Notes under the pieces: model-generated
Databases searched by the model: none
Told to the model about the DNA's origin: nothing
What the model saw: only the letters and a program-made list of their open reading frames with translations
Assembly: GCA_037447605.1 (NCBI GenBank)
Contig: CM074814.1
Location: 1,302,001 to 1,366,000 of the forward strand
Direction of reading: 5' to 3'
Length of the DNA: 64,000 nt
From: Zygnema circumcarinatum SAG 698-1b
Lineage: Eukaryota; Plantae; Zygnematophyceae
Translations under genes and position numbers: made by a program
Shown here: positions 1-18,553 of the stretch, piece by piece
How positions within the stretch are numbered: position 1 is the first letter of the stretch
Layout: the number at the start of each line of letters is the position of its first letter

Positions 1-118
1 CCTGGAATGGCCTTTGGGAATCCATCTTCCTATTATTGCCAAATTGACTTTGAGACCTTATGTACTTGAGTGACAATTTGTTGAACCTTACAATGCCTTT
101 CTGTTTGTCTCTTGCAGA

Positions 119-3100
119 TTGCAGAATACAAGGCACCTGGGCTTTGGAGGTTATCACAGAATTCCCAGCAGGGTTCAGCTCCTAAGACTTCCACTACGAA
201 CGCGAGGTTGGATCATGCCCCAGCATTTCCATTCCATTGAAAAAGACTAGTATATGTGACATCTTACCGAGCATATTCAGACCTTCCTTCTATCATGTTC
301 GCATAAAATTCATTCTGTTTTAAGGCCAACTTCTTCTATTTGGTGGGTCTGTGATGCAGTTCTCCAGATAGTGTGGTGGAATCACCTCCCCTCGCTGCAG
401 AGTCCCCTGCAGTTCAGATCACCACAACTCCCGAGAAGGCTCCAAAACCTGTTCTTAACTTAAGCCTTAAGGTTCATGGGGCAGACCTCTCTAAACTGCC
501 TACCCCTCGTTTTGCGAATGTCGATAATGGGGTAGATAATGGTAAGGGGGTTCTCGATGGAAAGGTGAAAAGTAACAGAGAAGCCAAGGAGTCTGAGAAG
601 GATGGTGTCCCCCAAAAACAAGCTGCGGATGTGTTTGGTAAGGCTTCGCCAACAGGTGGGAGAGGGAAGGAAGGGAGGCAAGGGGGTAGAGTCCTCCCAC
701 CATCTGAGCAAGGCAAGAAGACAGTTGAGCGGCCCAAGGATGATGGTCAGAGTGGGGGAGAGAAGCCAAAGCAGGTACGGAGTAGCAGTAAACAACAGAG
801 TGTGGAATTACAGCAAAAGAGTCCAGAGGGGCCTGTCAATGTACAGAGTTTGCAGAATGGGATCGTTGCAGGTGAAGAGAAGACGGTACGGGATGAAAGT
901 GTTAATGAGAGCGCAAGCAGTGGAGGGAGTGGTAGTGAGAGTGAGAGTGAGAGTGGGAGTGAGAGTGGGAGTGAAAGTAGTGAGAGTGGCAGTGGAAGCG
1001 ATTCAGAAAGTGAAGGTAGCAGCAGTTCAAGTGGGGAAGAGGAGGATGAGGTAGATGTTGACATTGACATTGACAGTGATGGAGAGGGAGGAGGTGGAAA
1101 GGGCAAAGGCAGAGAAGGAAAGGCTGCTTTGTTGTCACAGAGCACGGATATGAAGTTGAGCCATGAAGTCAAAGCACAGTCAGCGGAAGTGAAGTTGCCA
1201 AGATCTGATTCAAGAGATGCAAGGTCTGGTGAAGGAGGCAGAGAAGGGAAGAAAGAGAAGAAAGAAGGAGAGAAGGCAAGGCATAAGCATAAGGAGCCTT
1301 TCAACCGTGTGGAGAATAATGAGGTTATTGAGGCTAGGCACGTTGATATTCGAGAGGAGGATTCTATCAGTGGGAAAAGTGGTGATAAAATGGAATTGCC
1401 TGAAATAAAGCAAGGGCAAGGGATAGAAGATAGGTCTGGTTTTGAGATAATAGGGCTTGGTATGATGGACGAAGGGACTGAGATGGATCAGGTAGGCACT
1501 GGGTTAGGAATACCTGGGGGTTCATCATGTATGAAGGAGAATGTAAAGGACGAGTCTGTAGAGCTTATTGCTGAAACGATGCAGGCCTCCATTCGAAAGG
1601 AAACTCATAGAGAAAAAAGGCGAGCTGAAAGGGGTCCAGGAAGTGAGAGAGCAGAGAAGAGGGAGAAGGTCGATCGAGGTGATGCGACTGAGGGATTGGA
1701 AATGGTGGAGAAGGTGGAGAGGTCAAAGAGCATAAAAAAAGGGGAGAGAGAGCACAAACGCAAAGAGAGACACGTAGGTCAAGAAGCGGAGAAAAAGAAA
1801 GGACGAGAGAATCATGCAGGAAGAGTTCACGGCAAGGACAAACTTCAAGTCCTTCCAGAATCGAGGAAGGTGGATCTTGACGACAGTGAGACTATGGCAG
1901 ATGATTTTATGCAAGATGAGTTGTTAAGTCCTTTGGTAGAGGAAAATAGGGGAGAGCCTGAGAAAGGTACAGCGAGAGAGCTGAAAACCGTGAGCATTGA
2001 AAGTGATAGTCTGGAGGGGAGAAAACCTGCTCACGAAAGCATGGAGGAAGCAGAGACTGGAAGCAGAGTGATGGAGGTAGAGAGACAACCAGTAGAGAGC
2101 CAAAGAGAGAGTGATGGGGAACGGAAGATAGAAGTTATCGAGGAGGGAAGCCAAGGTAAAGAAGGAGGCATAGGACGGAACGAAGTGGAGAGGAAGGAGG
2201 TCGATTTTGAACAGTCGGAGCATCAGACAGAAGGAATGGAAGAGGAGAGAGAAGAGGGAGAGCTTGATGCAGATGTGGAGATGGAACAGCAGTTAGAAAG
2301 GCAGGAGGATGGAGAGGAGGCAGTGGAAGGACATAGAGCGAAAGTGACGATAATGGATGAAACAAAAGATGCTCGACAAGAAATAGAACATGGAAGAATT
2401 GCGGAGATAGAAATGGCATTTTCGGAAGACCATGGGGAGGAAGAGCAGAAAGAGCGGGTGAAGAGAGAATGGGAGGAGCAAGAGAGATTAGCAAAAGAAC
2501 ACAAGGAACTCGAACGAGAGAAGGAAAGAGTGGAAAAGGAGCGACAGGAGAGGGAAAGAAGGGACAGGGAGCAAAGAGAGAGAGAGAGGGAGCGCAAGGA
2601 GAAGGAGCGGGAGGATAGGGAGAGGAGGGACAGGGAGAGGAAAGAAAAGGAACGGGAGGAGAAAGAGAAGTTGGAAAGGGAGCGGAAAGAGAGGGAAGAC
2701 AGGGAGAGGAAAGAAAAGGAACGGGAGGAGAAAGAGAAGTTGGAAAGGGAGCGGAAAGAGAGGGAAGACAGGGAGAGGAGAGAGAGGGATAAGAAAGAAC
2801 GGGAAAGGGAAGAGAAAGAAAAATTGGAGAGGGAACGGAAGGAACGGGAGGAAAACGAGAAAATGGAAAGGGAAAGAAAGGAGGAGAGGGAGGCGAGAGA
2901 AAGGAAGGAGAGGGATAGGAAAGAAAAGGAGAGGGAGGAGAAGGAACGGAAAGCAAAGGCGAGGGTGGAGAAGGAAAGGAAAGAAAGAGAAAGGAACGAG
3001 AAATTTAGAAAAGAAAAGGAGAGAGAGGAAGAGCGACTACGTATGCGGGAGGAGTTAGAAAAAGCAAGCGAAAGCGATAGGCGAGTAGAGGCTTTGATTG

Positions 3101-5316
3101 AAAGCCCGGAGGAAGGAGAGGAGCGGGATGAGGGAGAAGCTGAGGAACAAGAAGATGGCGTGCAGGTTTCTATGGGGAAAGAGACAGGCTTTGAGAGGGG
3201 GCCTGTGGGAACGAAAAGCAAGGAGGAGAGAGAGAAGAGAGAGAAAGTTCAAGGTAGTTCTGGGATTGACCAAGAGGGTGAAGTTGTTAGAGGGGCGCAG
3301 AAGACGGAGGGAGGGAGACAGACAGAAGGAGAGAGGAGCATAATGGACCGGGAAGATGTTGAGATGGGGGATGCTGTCCCTTCCACTGCAAAGGTTGGAG
3401 TAAAAAGGGCGAGAGAGGAGGTAGCTGGTATGTCGGGCAAGGCCGGACAAAGGAGGTATGCGGGAGATGTTGGGAGGCCGACAAATTGGAAACAATCTCC
3501 CGTTCCAAGTGTGGCGGTGGGAATCTTGACGAATCACACGTCGCCAACTGTACCGCCAGTTGTAGGAGGGAGCTCTACCTCTCTCTCAGCTGAATCTCTT
3601 TCTGAAGGAGCAGAGTTGCGGGAAGCTTTGGGAGGAGAGAGAGGTCGACCTATCAAGGAAGTGGCAAGTAGAGATGGGAAACAGGAAGTTCGAGGGGAGG
3701 GTTTGTCCAGAGCTGAGAGAGCCAAAGGGGAAAGCCCTCCAATTAAAAAGGTTGGGGAAAGAAATTCGAAGGGTGGGGATCGAAATACCAACAGAATAGA
3801 TGCTAGTGGAGAGGGTGCAAGAGCAAAAGCTAAGGGGATGCAGACTGGGCTGTTCTCCACAAAAGAAAAAGAGAGTGGGAACCAAGGGGAGAACGGAAAT
3901 GGATTTGAGAATGAACACAGTGGGAGTGCTCGTCGTGGTAGCACATCTCAAGCTGCTAATCTAAACAATTCGAAGGAAGATGTAGGGGCTCGAAAGAAGG
4001 GGCAACCTGGGAAGCCTAATCCTCAAGCTGGAGACCTTCGGAATGTTGTAAAAGCCACCAAGGTGGCAATTGTTGAAAATGGAGTTGGTAAGAATGGAGT
4101 TGTGGTGGGTATGAAAGGGAAGGGTGAAGTGGGCCAAGTGAAGACTCAAGGAGGGAGAGCGAAGGTCCAGAAAGAGATGAAGGATGAGTTCTTTGCCAAG
4201 TTTGAGAAGGAGAGAGCGGAAGTCAAAGGGCCTGTGGAAAATCTTGCACAGTAAGCTCCCTTCATGCCATTTTCTGTTGTTGCTAACTGAACAGAGCAGT
4301 AGAGATGGTGCTGTGCTCTGTGTGTAATTCAAAGAGATCGTTTGTAGGAGTATGACTTCATGACTCATATAGTGCTTGAGCTTTACATTGTGAGCAGGTG
4401 CTTGGAGTATGAGAAGGAGTTTCGCGAGAAATTCCGTGTTTATAGTGTTCTCAACAGCGTGCTGGAAAGTGACAGGTGGCGTGACTCTCCTCCCTCAGGA
4501 CATACATTCCAGTGCATAGCCATCTATCGCTATGTCGGAGCATGACATCAAACCTAACGGAATCTGACCGAAGTGGACGAGATTTTCGTTTTTGTGATGC
4601 CGTTGTTTTGCAGAGAAGACTTCTCAAACTTGGAAACAGAATTACAGAAAGAAGAGGATGAGGATAAGCGAGAGTCCTTGAAAGTGAAGTTGAAGAGAAA
4701 GTACAGGCAGATGAATCCGGTATGGACCTAATCATGCTTTCCTTTGAAGTGCTATATTCTCTCCTGTATCGGAAGAGGGGTTCGGATGAGACGATTGTTA
4801 TTCGTGTTAAGTTGTTGAATGTCAGATGTGCTCTCTCTCTCTCGCGCTCTCTCTCGCTCTCTCTCTCACACACACAGTTACCTTTCTTGTGTGTAACAGA
4901 GACATTCGAGAATGCTGGCTGTCTTCAAAATTCTCCACACAGAGCTGCAGGTAAGTCTCTCACAAACTAAACAGAAAGCCAATGAATGATAATCCTTATC
5001 TTCTCATTTTGCTGCCTTTTGTTAAGGACATTGAAACGGCTTAATCTCCCTATCAGTCAATTTTTGCGTGAACCGCTGTCGGTATTCCATTCAGCTGTAG
5101 GTTAATATCTGATGATTTAATGATGAAACATGTAATGTGTTTTTATGTTGAGTATGCATCTTTCTTAGTTTCCTGTCTCTTCTGCACCCAGTCCCCACGT
5201 GTTGCTGTGTCGCCAGCGTCACATCACGTTACCGTATCCTGAATTCAGTCCCCTTATGGCTGCAGGCAATCAAACGGCGACTCACGGATTTTGCTCGAAA
5301 GCATGAACAGAGTTAA
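119..5316 (+). CDS. Occludin/ELL-domain protein (AT3G21290-like), 5'-partial, with a 3.9-kb low-complexity exon
   Basis: Exons 119-207 (IAEYKAPGLWRL), 360-4250, 4398-4475, 4614-4719, 4900-4950 and 5266-5316 splice in frame at GT-AG sites. The C-terminus QCLEYEKEFREKFRVYSVLNSVLESDREDFSNLE...YRQMNPRHSRMLAVFKILHTELQAIKRRLTDFARK resembles the plant Occludin_ELL domain. Confidence 0.8.
2461..3070 (+). repeat. Coding purine-rich repeat encoding an E/R/K mixed-charge tract
   Basis: About 200 aa of ERERKEKE-type sequence, with near-identical 60-nt units (gggagaggaaagaaaaggaacgggaggagaaagagaagttggaaagggagcggaaagag...) around 2633-2770. Confidence 0.9.
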
Positions 5317-6554
5317 CGGATGGGAGCCTATTCCGGAAACCGTTCTAAGGTTTTTCTATTTTTGTCCGATCGGAGCGTCTGTCATTGTTTCCAATTGACG
5401 CCCACTCATTTTTCCAAAGGTGTCTGGGTGTGTGTGTACGGCTTGTAGGGGATACAAAATGCCGTAGAGTTCGAGTCCCTTCTTGGAGAGGATTGGTCGA
5501 GGGGTAACCTAGCCTTGGTCAGACTTCTGTTAATAAGGAATTTCTTATAGTGGAAAGGCATTATGCCTTAAGTAATGCAAAAGAAGGGGCCAAAAAAGTT
5601 TGTTTGCTTGTGGCTTGCTTTTGCTTTTTGTGTACCGCTGTGTGTCTGTCTGCAAACATTCCCACATTCTCGTTTTGTTCTGATTTGTTTTGTACTCTTC
5701 CCAGAGAATGGGAACATGGTTGTGCATTCTTGGAAGACTTCAAAGGGAATGGTCTGTAGTGCTAGATGTGCACCTTTTGCCTGGAACCAATAAAGAGAAG
5801 GAAAAAAGTGAGAGTGAGAGACCGAGAATTTGCTTAAATGACTGCAACCGCGGCCTAGCTTTCATCTCCAATATAGTGTAACATCGTCGCTTCCTGCTCT
5901 TACAACCCTCACAGCCTACCCTACCACTTCTCTCGACCTCTACAGCCGTTGCTCGGACCCCAGGCCGACACATCCGGTCCTCTATCAAATCTGCAAAATG
6001 GCCGCACGTTCATCCAGTGCTTGGAAGTGCTCCATCAGAAAGAGCATCATCAGATTAGGACATCGATTTCGCCGCCTCTCATGGAATTCAGAAAGCAGCC
6101 CCATCCCACTGTAGGGAGCACTGGGCAGGCGCCCTTCCTGACCATCCCCAGGTCGCATCTCAAAAAATAGCGTTTCACGAACCTCCAAGGGGCACTCCCT
6201 CAGCAGACCAGCGACTCCACATAACTGAATGATGAGATCAATCCGACTCCCCTTCATTGGAGTTGCCGTAACTCTAATTGCGAAAATTGTGGATTGTTCA
6301 AAGTCCAGTTCTTTCCCCAAGCTTCAGAAGACGAGCTATAATGCTGGGGGGCAGCGGCAGCGGCAGCCTTCAGAATGAGGGAGCCCAAAGTGCACGGAGA
6401 GGGAGCAGAGTGCATTGGTCTACGTCACTTGCGGCTGGCGGGCACCTTTTGAGCGTGGTTGAGAAAAAAAGAACTTTGAACCCTTTTCTGGGGCTGCACT
6501 ACAAGTCTGCTTTCTTCTAGGGCAGGGCTGCAACTTGAAGCAGGAGGTGCATGT

Positions 6555-12437
<5,883 letters not shown>

Positions 12438-13060
12438 CAGTATACACCCAAAATACCTCGGAAGATAGCCTGCATATAGAGATTTTATGCAGGAAAACCG
12501 CGGGCCAGAATAATATTCAGTGCGAATACCCGGTGACCTGGTCAATAAAAAAGTATTCCTTCCTTTCTGAGAAGTGTAAGTGCAAATCCCCTACGGCCTA
12601 TGCTTTTATGAGCTCGCCCTGTGCTTGCTTCCTGCTCTGCTTGCAGCCGCTGGACTTCTATCAAAGAGAACAGCGAGGAGCAGTAGGGGGGGGTCCCTAC
12701 TAACAAGAGCTGCCGGCCGTCAGCTCTGAGTGGAGCCCGTTCGCCGGCCGGTGACGGCCGGAGCTGCCCTGGTTCTGTTCGTACAGTATGAAACAGACGG
12801 CCGTCAACTTTACATCTGACGGCTGGCAGATTCTGGCCGGCAGAACCCTGAACAGCTGGTGCAGCCCAAACGGACGGGCTGGGGCTCGAGAGTTGGCTGG
12901 TGCTCGTCTCCTAAGGATATTTTGATGCGCCTTCAAGTGATAGCTTAATGCTACGGATGTTAGTGAAATAATTAGCTTTTTTTGCAGGCTTGATGCGGCT
13001 GCGGTGACGGGCGAGTAGCTGTGCTTTGTGAAAGGAAAAAGTCAGGGGTATCTTTTCAAA
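12438..13060. promoter_or_regulatory. Putative bidirectional promoter/5'UTR region between the helicase and Elongin A
   Basis: The ATGs are divergent and about 620 bp apart; the GC-rich core at 12700-12900 carries repeated CGGCCGTCA-like motifs. Confidence 0.55.
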
Positions 13061-15525
13061 ATGACTCTTAAAAGCCTCACGGAGTTATGCTTGTTGACGG
13101 TTATTGATAACTTGGACTTGATTGGCGATGTCGGTGACACTGACCTCTTACTTCTTGGAAAGATTCTTGTCCACTGCAATGTGGATCAACTTCAGCGTAT
13201 TGAAGATTCAACAGAGGTATGCGAGCGAACTTGTAAAGAACTCCTTTTTTTTCGTCGTATTGAATACGACAGTGGATTTGGCGAAGTATCTGAAGTGCTT
13301 GACTACTGAACATCAGTTTACCTCGTTAGTGAATATTTTTTTGCGCCTTAATCTGTTTCTCTACCGAATCAGGCTTTCGAATAAGCGAATGCTTGAGCTT
13401 GTGACTTTTGATTGGGTTTCTGTGTTATTAGGGTCGCGATTTGAGTGCCGTTACCGATGAATTATGGTTGAGATGTTACGCCCGCAAGTATGGAGCTGAG
13501 AATATGGCCACTGTCCAGAGGAGAATGAAGAGTAGAGGGGTGTCTTTCAAGTGGCGAGCCCTCTATGATGTAAGTGGTTCAAGCCTTCGTCAGGTTTCTT
13601 GCAAAATGACTCGTGGTGAGGTCATAACTGTTGGCTTAACCATGGTCTGAGGAGGGTCGGATCATTTGATAAATTTTGTTTGTGAACTTTGAAGGGTAGA
13701 AGAAGAGGCTTGTCCATCTGATGGGCAAAAACCACAATTCTGATGCACGTCATTGACTTGGAATTCCTCTTTGCTTATTTATACGTAGAGTTTGGCCAAT
13801 TTTACTGTGAACTGCTGCTCTGCTCATGATCTTTTTTGCTATGGCCCTTGATTCAGGCCAAACTGAAGGAACAGGAGGAGACCCAGCAACGATGTGTCAA
13901 TCGACTAAAAGAACTCTACCTTGAAGCAGAACAGCGTGAGCAAATGACATTTTTCTTCTACTGCTACATTTTCCTTGTTGCCGAGTGTGGGAGGATACGA
14001 TGTTCGTTTCTCCTTGATTTGTGCTTGATCTCAAACAGATTCTCAGGCGTAGCAGAATAAGTGCGTCTGAATGTTATGTTATCCTGCAACCTCTTTCTGT
14101 TGATTGCAGAAAAACAGAGTCGTCAGGTACAGCTTGTAAATATTGCACCCCCAGGAGGAAGGAAACGCAAGTTTACATCAGGTGGAGGCTCCAGTGTACT
14201 TTACTTTCATGATCAACTGGAGTTCCTTCTTTCTTTCTGGTCTTCATTGCTCAGAATGGTTGAAAAAAGTGGAGTCTTCAACTGTCAGGGAGTTGCAATG
14301 AGTCTTTTTTTTTTCCTGCATGTTTGGAATGGGTATCAGTGGTGATGCTTCTTAAGCACACTCACGCACACACACGCTTTCTCCTCTTGAAACTACTCAT
14401 AACGGAAGGTCATCACGATTGGTTGGAGTTCATCACGATTCACTCGAAGTCATACACTAACGTCGCTGTGCAGACATGTCGTCACTGTTCTTAACCAAAC
14501 TTTGCATAAGAAGTAGTGCCAATGTTTCGGCAACGACTTCAAATTGGGCGCACAATTTGGGAATGTGAAGTCCGGCAGCAGCAGCAAGTTGCAAGATGGA
14601 ATATTAAGCGAAGTGTTCTCGAGTGCTTGTGTTTTGCAGATTCTAAAACATTGCCAGCCTATCAAGCTGGGGGAAGCCTCATGAAAAAGGCCAGGCTGGA
14701 ATTTGCAAAAAGGTCGGAATTTCAAAATGTGCAATCCCTATGTGGGTTTATTTTGCTTTGAATTACTTTGTGTCTGCAGAGTTGCTGTCCCCTCTATCGT
14801 CTGTTTGGCGTATTTGCGAAAGTTTGTGCTTTTTAATTTTGTCTTATGGATTGTCGATTAGCCGCAGTCGCGCATGTATTTCCATTTCGCTTCTTTCTTA
14901 CAGGCTAGGAAGCAGGTGCAGGTTACTCTTTTCTGGCGACTTAATTTGAAGCTTAAGCAATCGTGTCATAGGTTCGGCGTCCTCTCATGGCGCCATTGAA
15001 GAGGATTCCTTTCATAGGTCTCTGTACCACCTGTGTACCTCTGCTTTTAAGCAAATAGTGATGGAAAACTGTCCTTATTCTTTACTTGCTCTTGGTAAGA
15101 AAAAATCGTTGCCGAGAATCACATCTAAACTATTTGATGCGTGTGAAGCGTGCAGTCATGAGAAGATGATTCACACCAACATCAAGAAACGACCGCTTGT
15201 TCCTCCCTCAAGGCGACCTTGTTCTGTGCCTCTTTCAAGAAACAAAGCAGTCAGCCGACCTCAGCCTGCTTCTCAACCAAAGCCTTCTGCTTCGAGGCAA
15301 ATTTCTTCATCTATGGCAAAGGAGCGTGTTGATTCGAAGATGGGTCCAATCACTCCTCCCAGACACTTTTCTCTATCTAAGCCTCCCTCACATCGGCTGA
15401 GCTCTGTTCAGCTTCCTTCTTCATCTCCAGCAACACCTTCCCCTTCAGCCAATACAAATCAGCCATCCCGCAGCAGTACAAAAGGAGGGTATCGTCATCC
15501 GGATTCTCGGACTCCAAGTCGCTGA
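13061..15525 (+). CDS. ELOA: Elongin A (transcription elongation factor B polypeptide 3) homolog
   Basis: Exon 13061-13216 reads MTLKSLTELCLLTVIDNLDLIGDVGDTDLLLLGKILVHCNVDQLQRIEDSTE and exon 13431-13569 reads GRDLSAVTDELWLRCYARKYG...FKWRALYD, followed by AKLKEQEE...RLKELY, KQSRQVQL and SLMKKARLEF and a low-complexity last exon ending at 15525. This matches the plant Elongin A pattern. Confidence 0.88.
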
Positions 15526-17326
15526 GTTGGCACCTGCTTATGACTTTACTGAAGATTATCGTCAATCCGTATTTGCAGTAAGCTTTCAGCTCGGTGAAAT
15601 CTATGCGTTTCTCTTGGGCGAGTCAAAGTGCGTTGCACTGTCATGCTCCCAAGTCAGTTCTTCCTTAGCTGCCCCCTGGTAAGGCCGTTTTCCTTTGCTT
15701 ATGCAGTGGAAATCTCGTCAAAGGAATGAGAATGCCTTAATTTGTCAGAATGAATGTCTCTTGTTGGTGCTAGAGGTTCAGGAGCTATAGGAGGTTGAAT
15801 GCTGTGACTTTGTATAGAACCATGTGTAACTTGTACAGGGTTTTCAAGGCGTTAGCCGCTCAGTGTTAGTGTCAATACATCGGATCCACTTTCATTTGCG
15901 ATTTGTAACTTCGAGAAGTTTCAAAGCCCGCTCCCCTCCGTTTTTTTCTTTTGAATGCACAACGACTACTTCTCTCCCGTCTTACCGGAGTTGTGCTTGT
16001 TTGATGTCCTTGGCTATGGAGGGTGACTACATTTAGCAGAGCTTCTTGTGGTTATTGTTCAGTTTGCATGTGGCTGCCCTGTATCCAGAGTCTATCTTTG
16101 AAGAAGGAAGAATTTCGACTCCCTTTTTCCTGTCTGCTCTTGCGTTGAAATCGGTGCTTTACTAACGCCGTTCTCTGTTCTGTGACCCCTTGAAAGGCTT
16201 TGAAGACTCGCGGATCAGAGGCCTCAGTAGTAGAGAGCGAGAGAGAATACAATTATTATTGCTGGAAGCTTTCATAATGCCTTTCTTTCATATTTCAGAG
16301 CGTGCACAGTCCGAACTTGCAGAGCTTTTCTTACTCACCCTACAGTACATTGTTTGTCCCTTCGAACATGTAAAATTGACAATTTGTTCTATATATCACA
16401 TATGAAGCTGTAGAGGGGAAATGAATCAGCATTCATCTCACAATAGCCATGCCATCCAGTGCTACTTTGGCGACCCTTGATGATGACATAATGTAACATG
16501 GACCAAGTCAATGACAAAACCAAGACATGTCGATCACAAATGATTTAGAAACGTAAGAACAGCTTTGAGCTTTAACCTCTCCTTCTTAGCCTAACAATTG
16601 CAATACGGCTCCAAACAGAAGCAGCGGCGAAGCTCACCAACGTCTAGGGCGCCTCTCGCTGAGGGGCCGAAAGGCGCCAAAAACGGAGCTATGTGAAGTT
16701 TCGCATGTGGCCAGTTAACAGTTCCAGTTCAAAATGCGATCTAGCCAATTTTTCGCATGGAACCGCGACCGGGAGTCGCCGGCCGTCAGCGCGTCCCCTT
16801 GGCACGCGTCGTGCCGGCCGACCGGCAGAGGCGTCACGTCACGTCACGCCACGGGTCAAAGCGAGCCAGCACGATTCGCGTAGCGCGTAACAAGCGGCGG
16901 ACGGTAATCGGTGCCTCGCGCTCCAGTATGGCGTATAGGGACGTAAAAAGGACGCAAGTAATGTTAGTACGGATGGTCGTTTTTGTGATAGTGGCGGCGG
17001 TGGCGGAGGGGGAGGTAGGGGCTCGCAACTTTCTGGAGGGCGGGCGGAGTTGGAGGAAGAAGAGGGAGAGCAAGAGTGAGAGGGGGAGAGAGGAAGACGG
17101 AGAGAGGGAGAGCGGGAGAGAGGGAGGGTGGAGGGAGGAGGGAGGGAGAGCCCTCGGCGACTTCGCATAGATTTCTCGTGGCAGAGGCGTCTTTAGAGTA
17201 GGGGAAAGGAAAGGGGAAAGGAGGGACAGAGAAAGGGGAAAGGAAGTGGGGAAGGGGAAGGGGAGGGAAAAGGGGAGGCGAAGGGGGTGAGGTTCGAATA
17301 CGAGGATTTTGTCGTCGGCCTGCAGG

Positions 17327-18553
17327 ATGAGCTTGGTACGGCTGCTTTTGGCAGTGTTTACGGTGGCTCCATGGCTAGCAGATGCAAGGGAAGGTCCTTC
17401 AGGCGGCCATAGACATGCGGCGAATCCCTTCTCTGAGTCTCAGTGCGTTGTGCGGCAGTGGCCGTCGTGCGTTGCAGCCTGTCCGACGAATTCCACACTT
17501 CCTGCAGTCATGCTCGGGAAACTAGGGGCACATGTTGGGAAGTTTGTGGCGCGTCCAATTCAGGAATATCCTAACCTTAGTGTGGAAAGCTGCTGTAAGG
17601 CATGCACAAGCTATAACGACATTCAGTGGAACAATATCTTTGGTTATGTGTGCGATTATTGGAGCTGGCAACAGGTTAACGGATTCAGCGGTGAGTGGCA
17701 GCTCCGTGTCACGTTCTTACTTTCGGCAGTCATGCAGCGAGAATTAAGTGTTTGCAGCATAAGATGTTTTGGGATACCTATGTCACTACCATTGCTCCTT
17801 ATCTTGACCCCGAGAAGCTCGAGATTCTGCTTTTAAATGTTTGGCGCTTTCTTCGTACATAATGTAGGAGCAATGTACATGCTATCGTTGCGAAGGTTAA
17901 GAATGTAAAAAGTTGAAAAACCGCGAGCTTTTTGGAGTTTCCAGTTCATTCCAGCAGCAAGCGTAGAGAGACTGTCTTTTCTTAAAAAATATTTCAATGA
18001 GGGAAAAGCAGTCTTGAAATAGTCTTGTCTATATACGTTTTATTTGCAGCGTCTCTTTCTTTTCTTGGCATTTGGGAGAGCGGGCTGGTTATTACACATT
18101 TGTAGCTATGGTCTGATACTGTATGTTTAACTTCGCGTTTTTGCATAAGCCTTTTGTTGTTGTTCGTAGACAGCTTGAATCTGTTTTGTTCTATTTTCGG
18201 AGTAGTGGACCAAGATTTGTAGGCGTCATACTGTTAAATGATTACCTTTGTGGAGGAACGGGATGCAATTGCATGCTCGTTTTGTGCACCAAGAAACTAG
18301 AAAAAAGCGACAATTTCCCGTTGTGGTCTGCTCTGACTTGCACGTTGATTTTGTTGTGAGGCCTACTGCAATACAGAGTTGTTTGTGTTTCGATGGTTTG
18401 TTTGTGTACTAACGTGTTTATGTGTACTTGAGTGCAGGCACTTGCCACCTTTTTGACTTGAAAAGTTTGTGTGGGAACAATCCAGCATCAGCCAAATTCA
18501 TGTTCAACGAAACTCGAACAGATACCGTCGCATTCCCTGTTTTGTGCGACTAG
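17327..18553 (+). CDS. Small secreted Cys-rich protein with a PAN/Apple-like motif
   Basis: Exons 17327-17690 and 18438-18553 join in phase 1. Hydrophobic signal MSLVRLLLAVFTVAPWLADA; Cys pattern SVESCCKAC...CDYWSW...GTCHLFD. Confidence 0.65.

Noticed and set aside
460-4368. Numerous antisense and alternate-frame ORFs over the large exon
   Set aside because: These are shadows of a purine-rich, low-complexity coding strand, with no recognisable domains.
5740-6520. Small ORFs between the ELL-domain gene and the helicase
   Set aside because: No motifs or consistent splice structure; compatible with 3'UTRs of convergent genes.
12681-12701. CAGTAGGGGGGGGTCCCTACT as a collapsed MITE family 1 footprint
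   Set aside because: It resembles fused TIR ends but is very short and has no flanking TA duplication, so chance cannot be excluded.
16646-16690. Hammerhead-ribozyme-like CTGAGGGGCCGAAAGGC
   Set aside because: It lacks the full CUGAnGA core, a second GAAA/stem III and an NUH cleavage site; it is only a GNRA hairpin.
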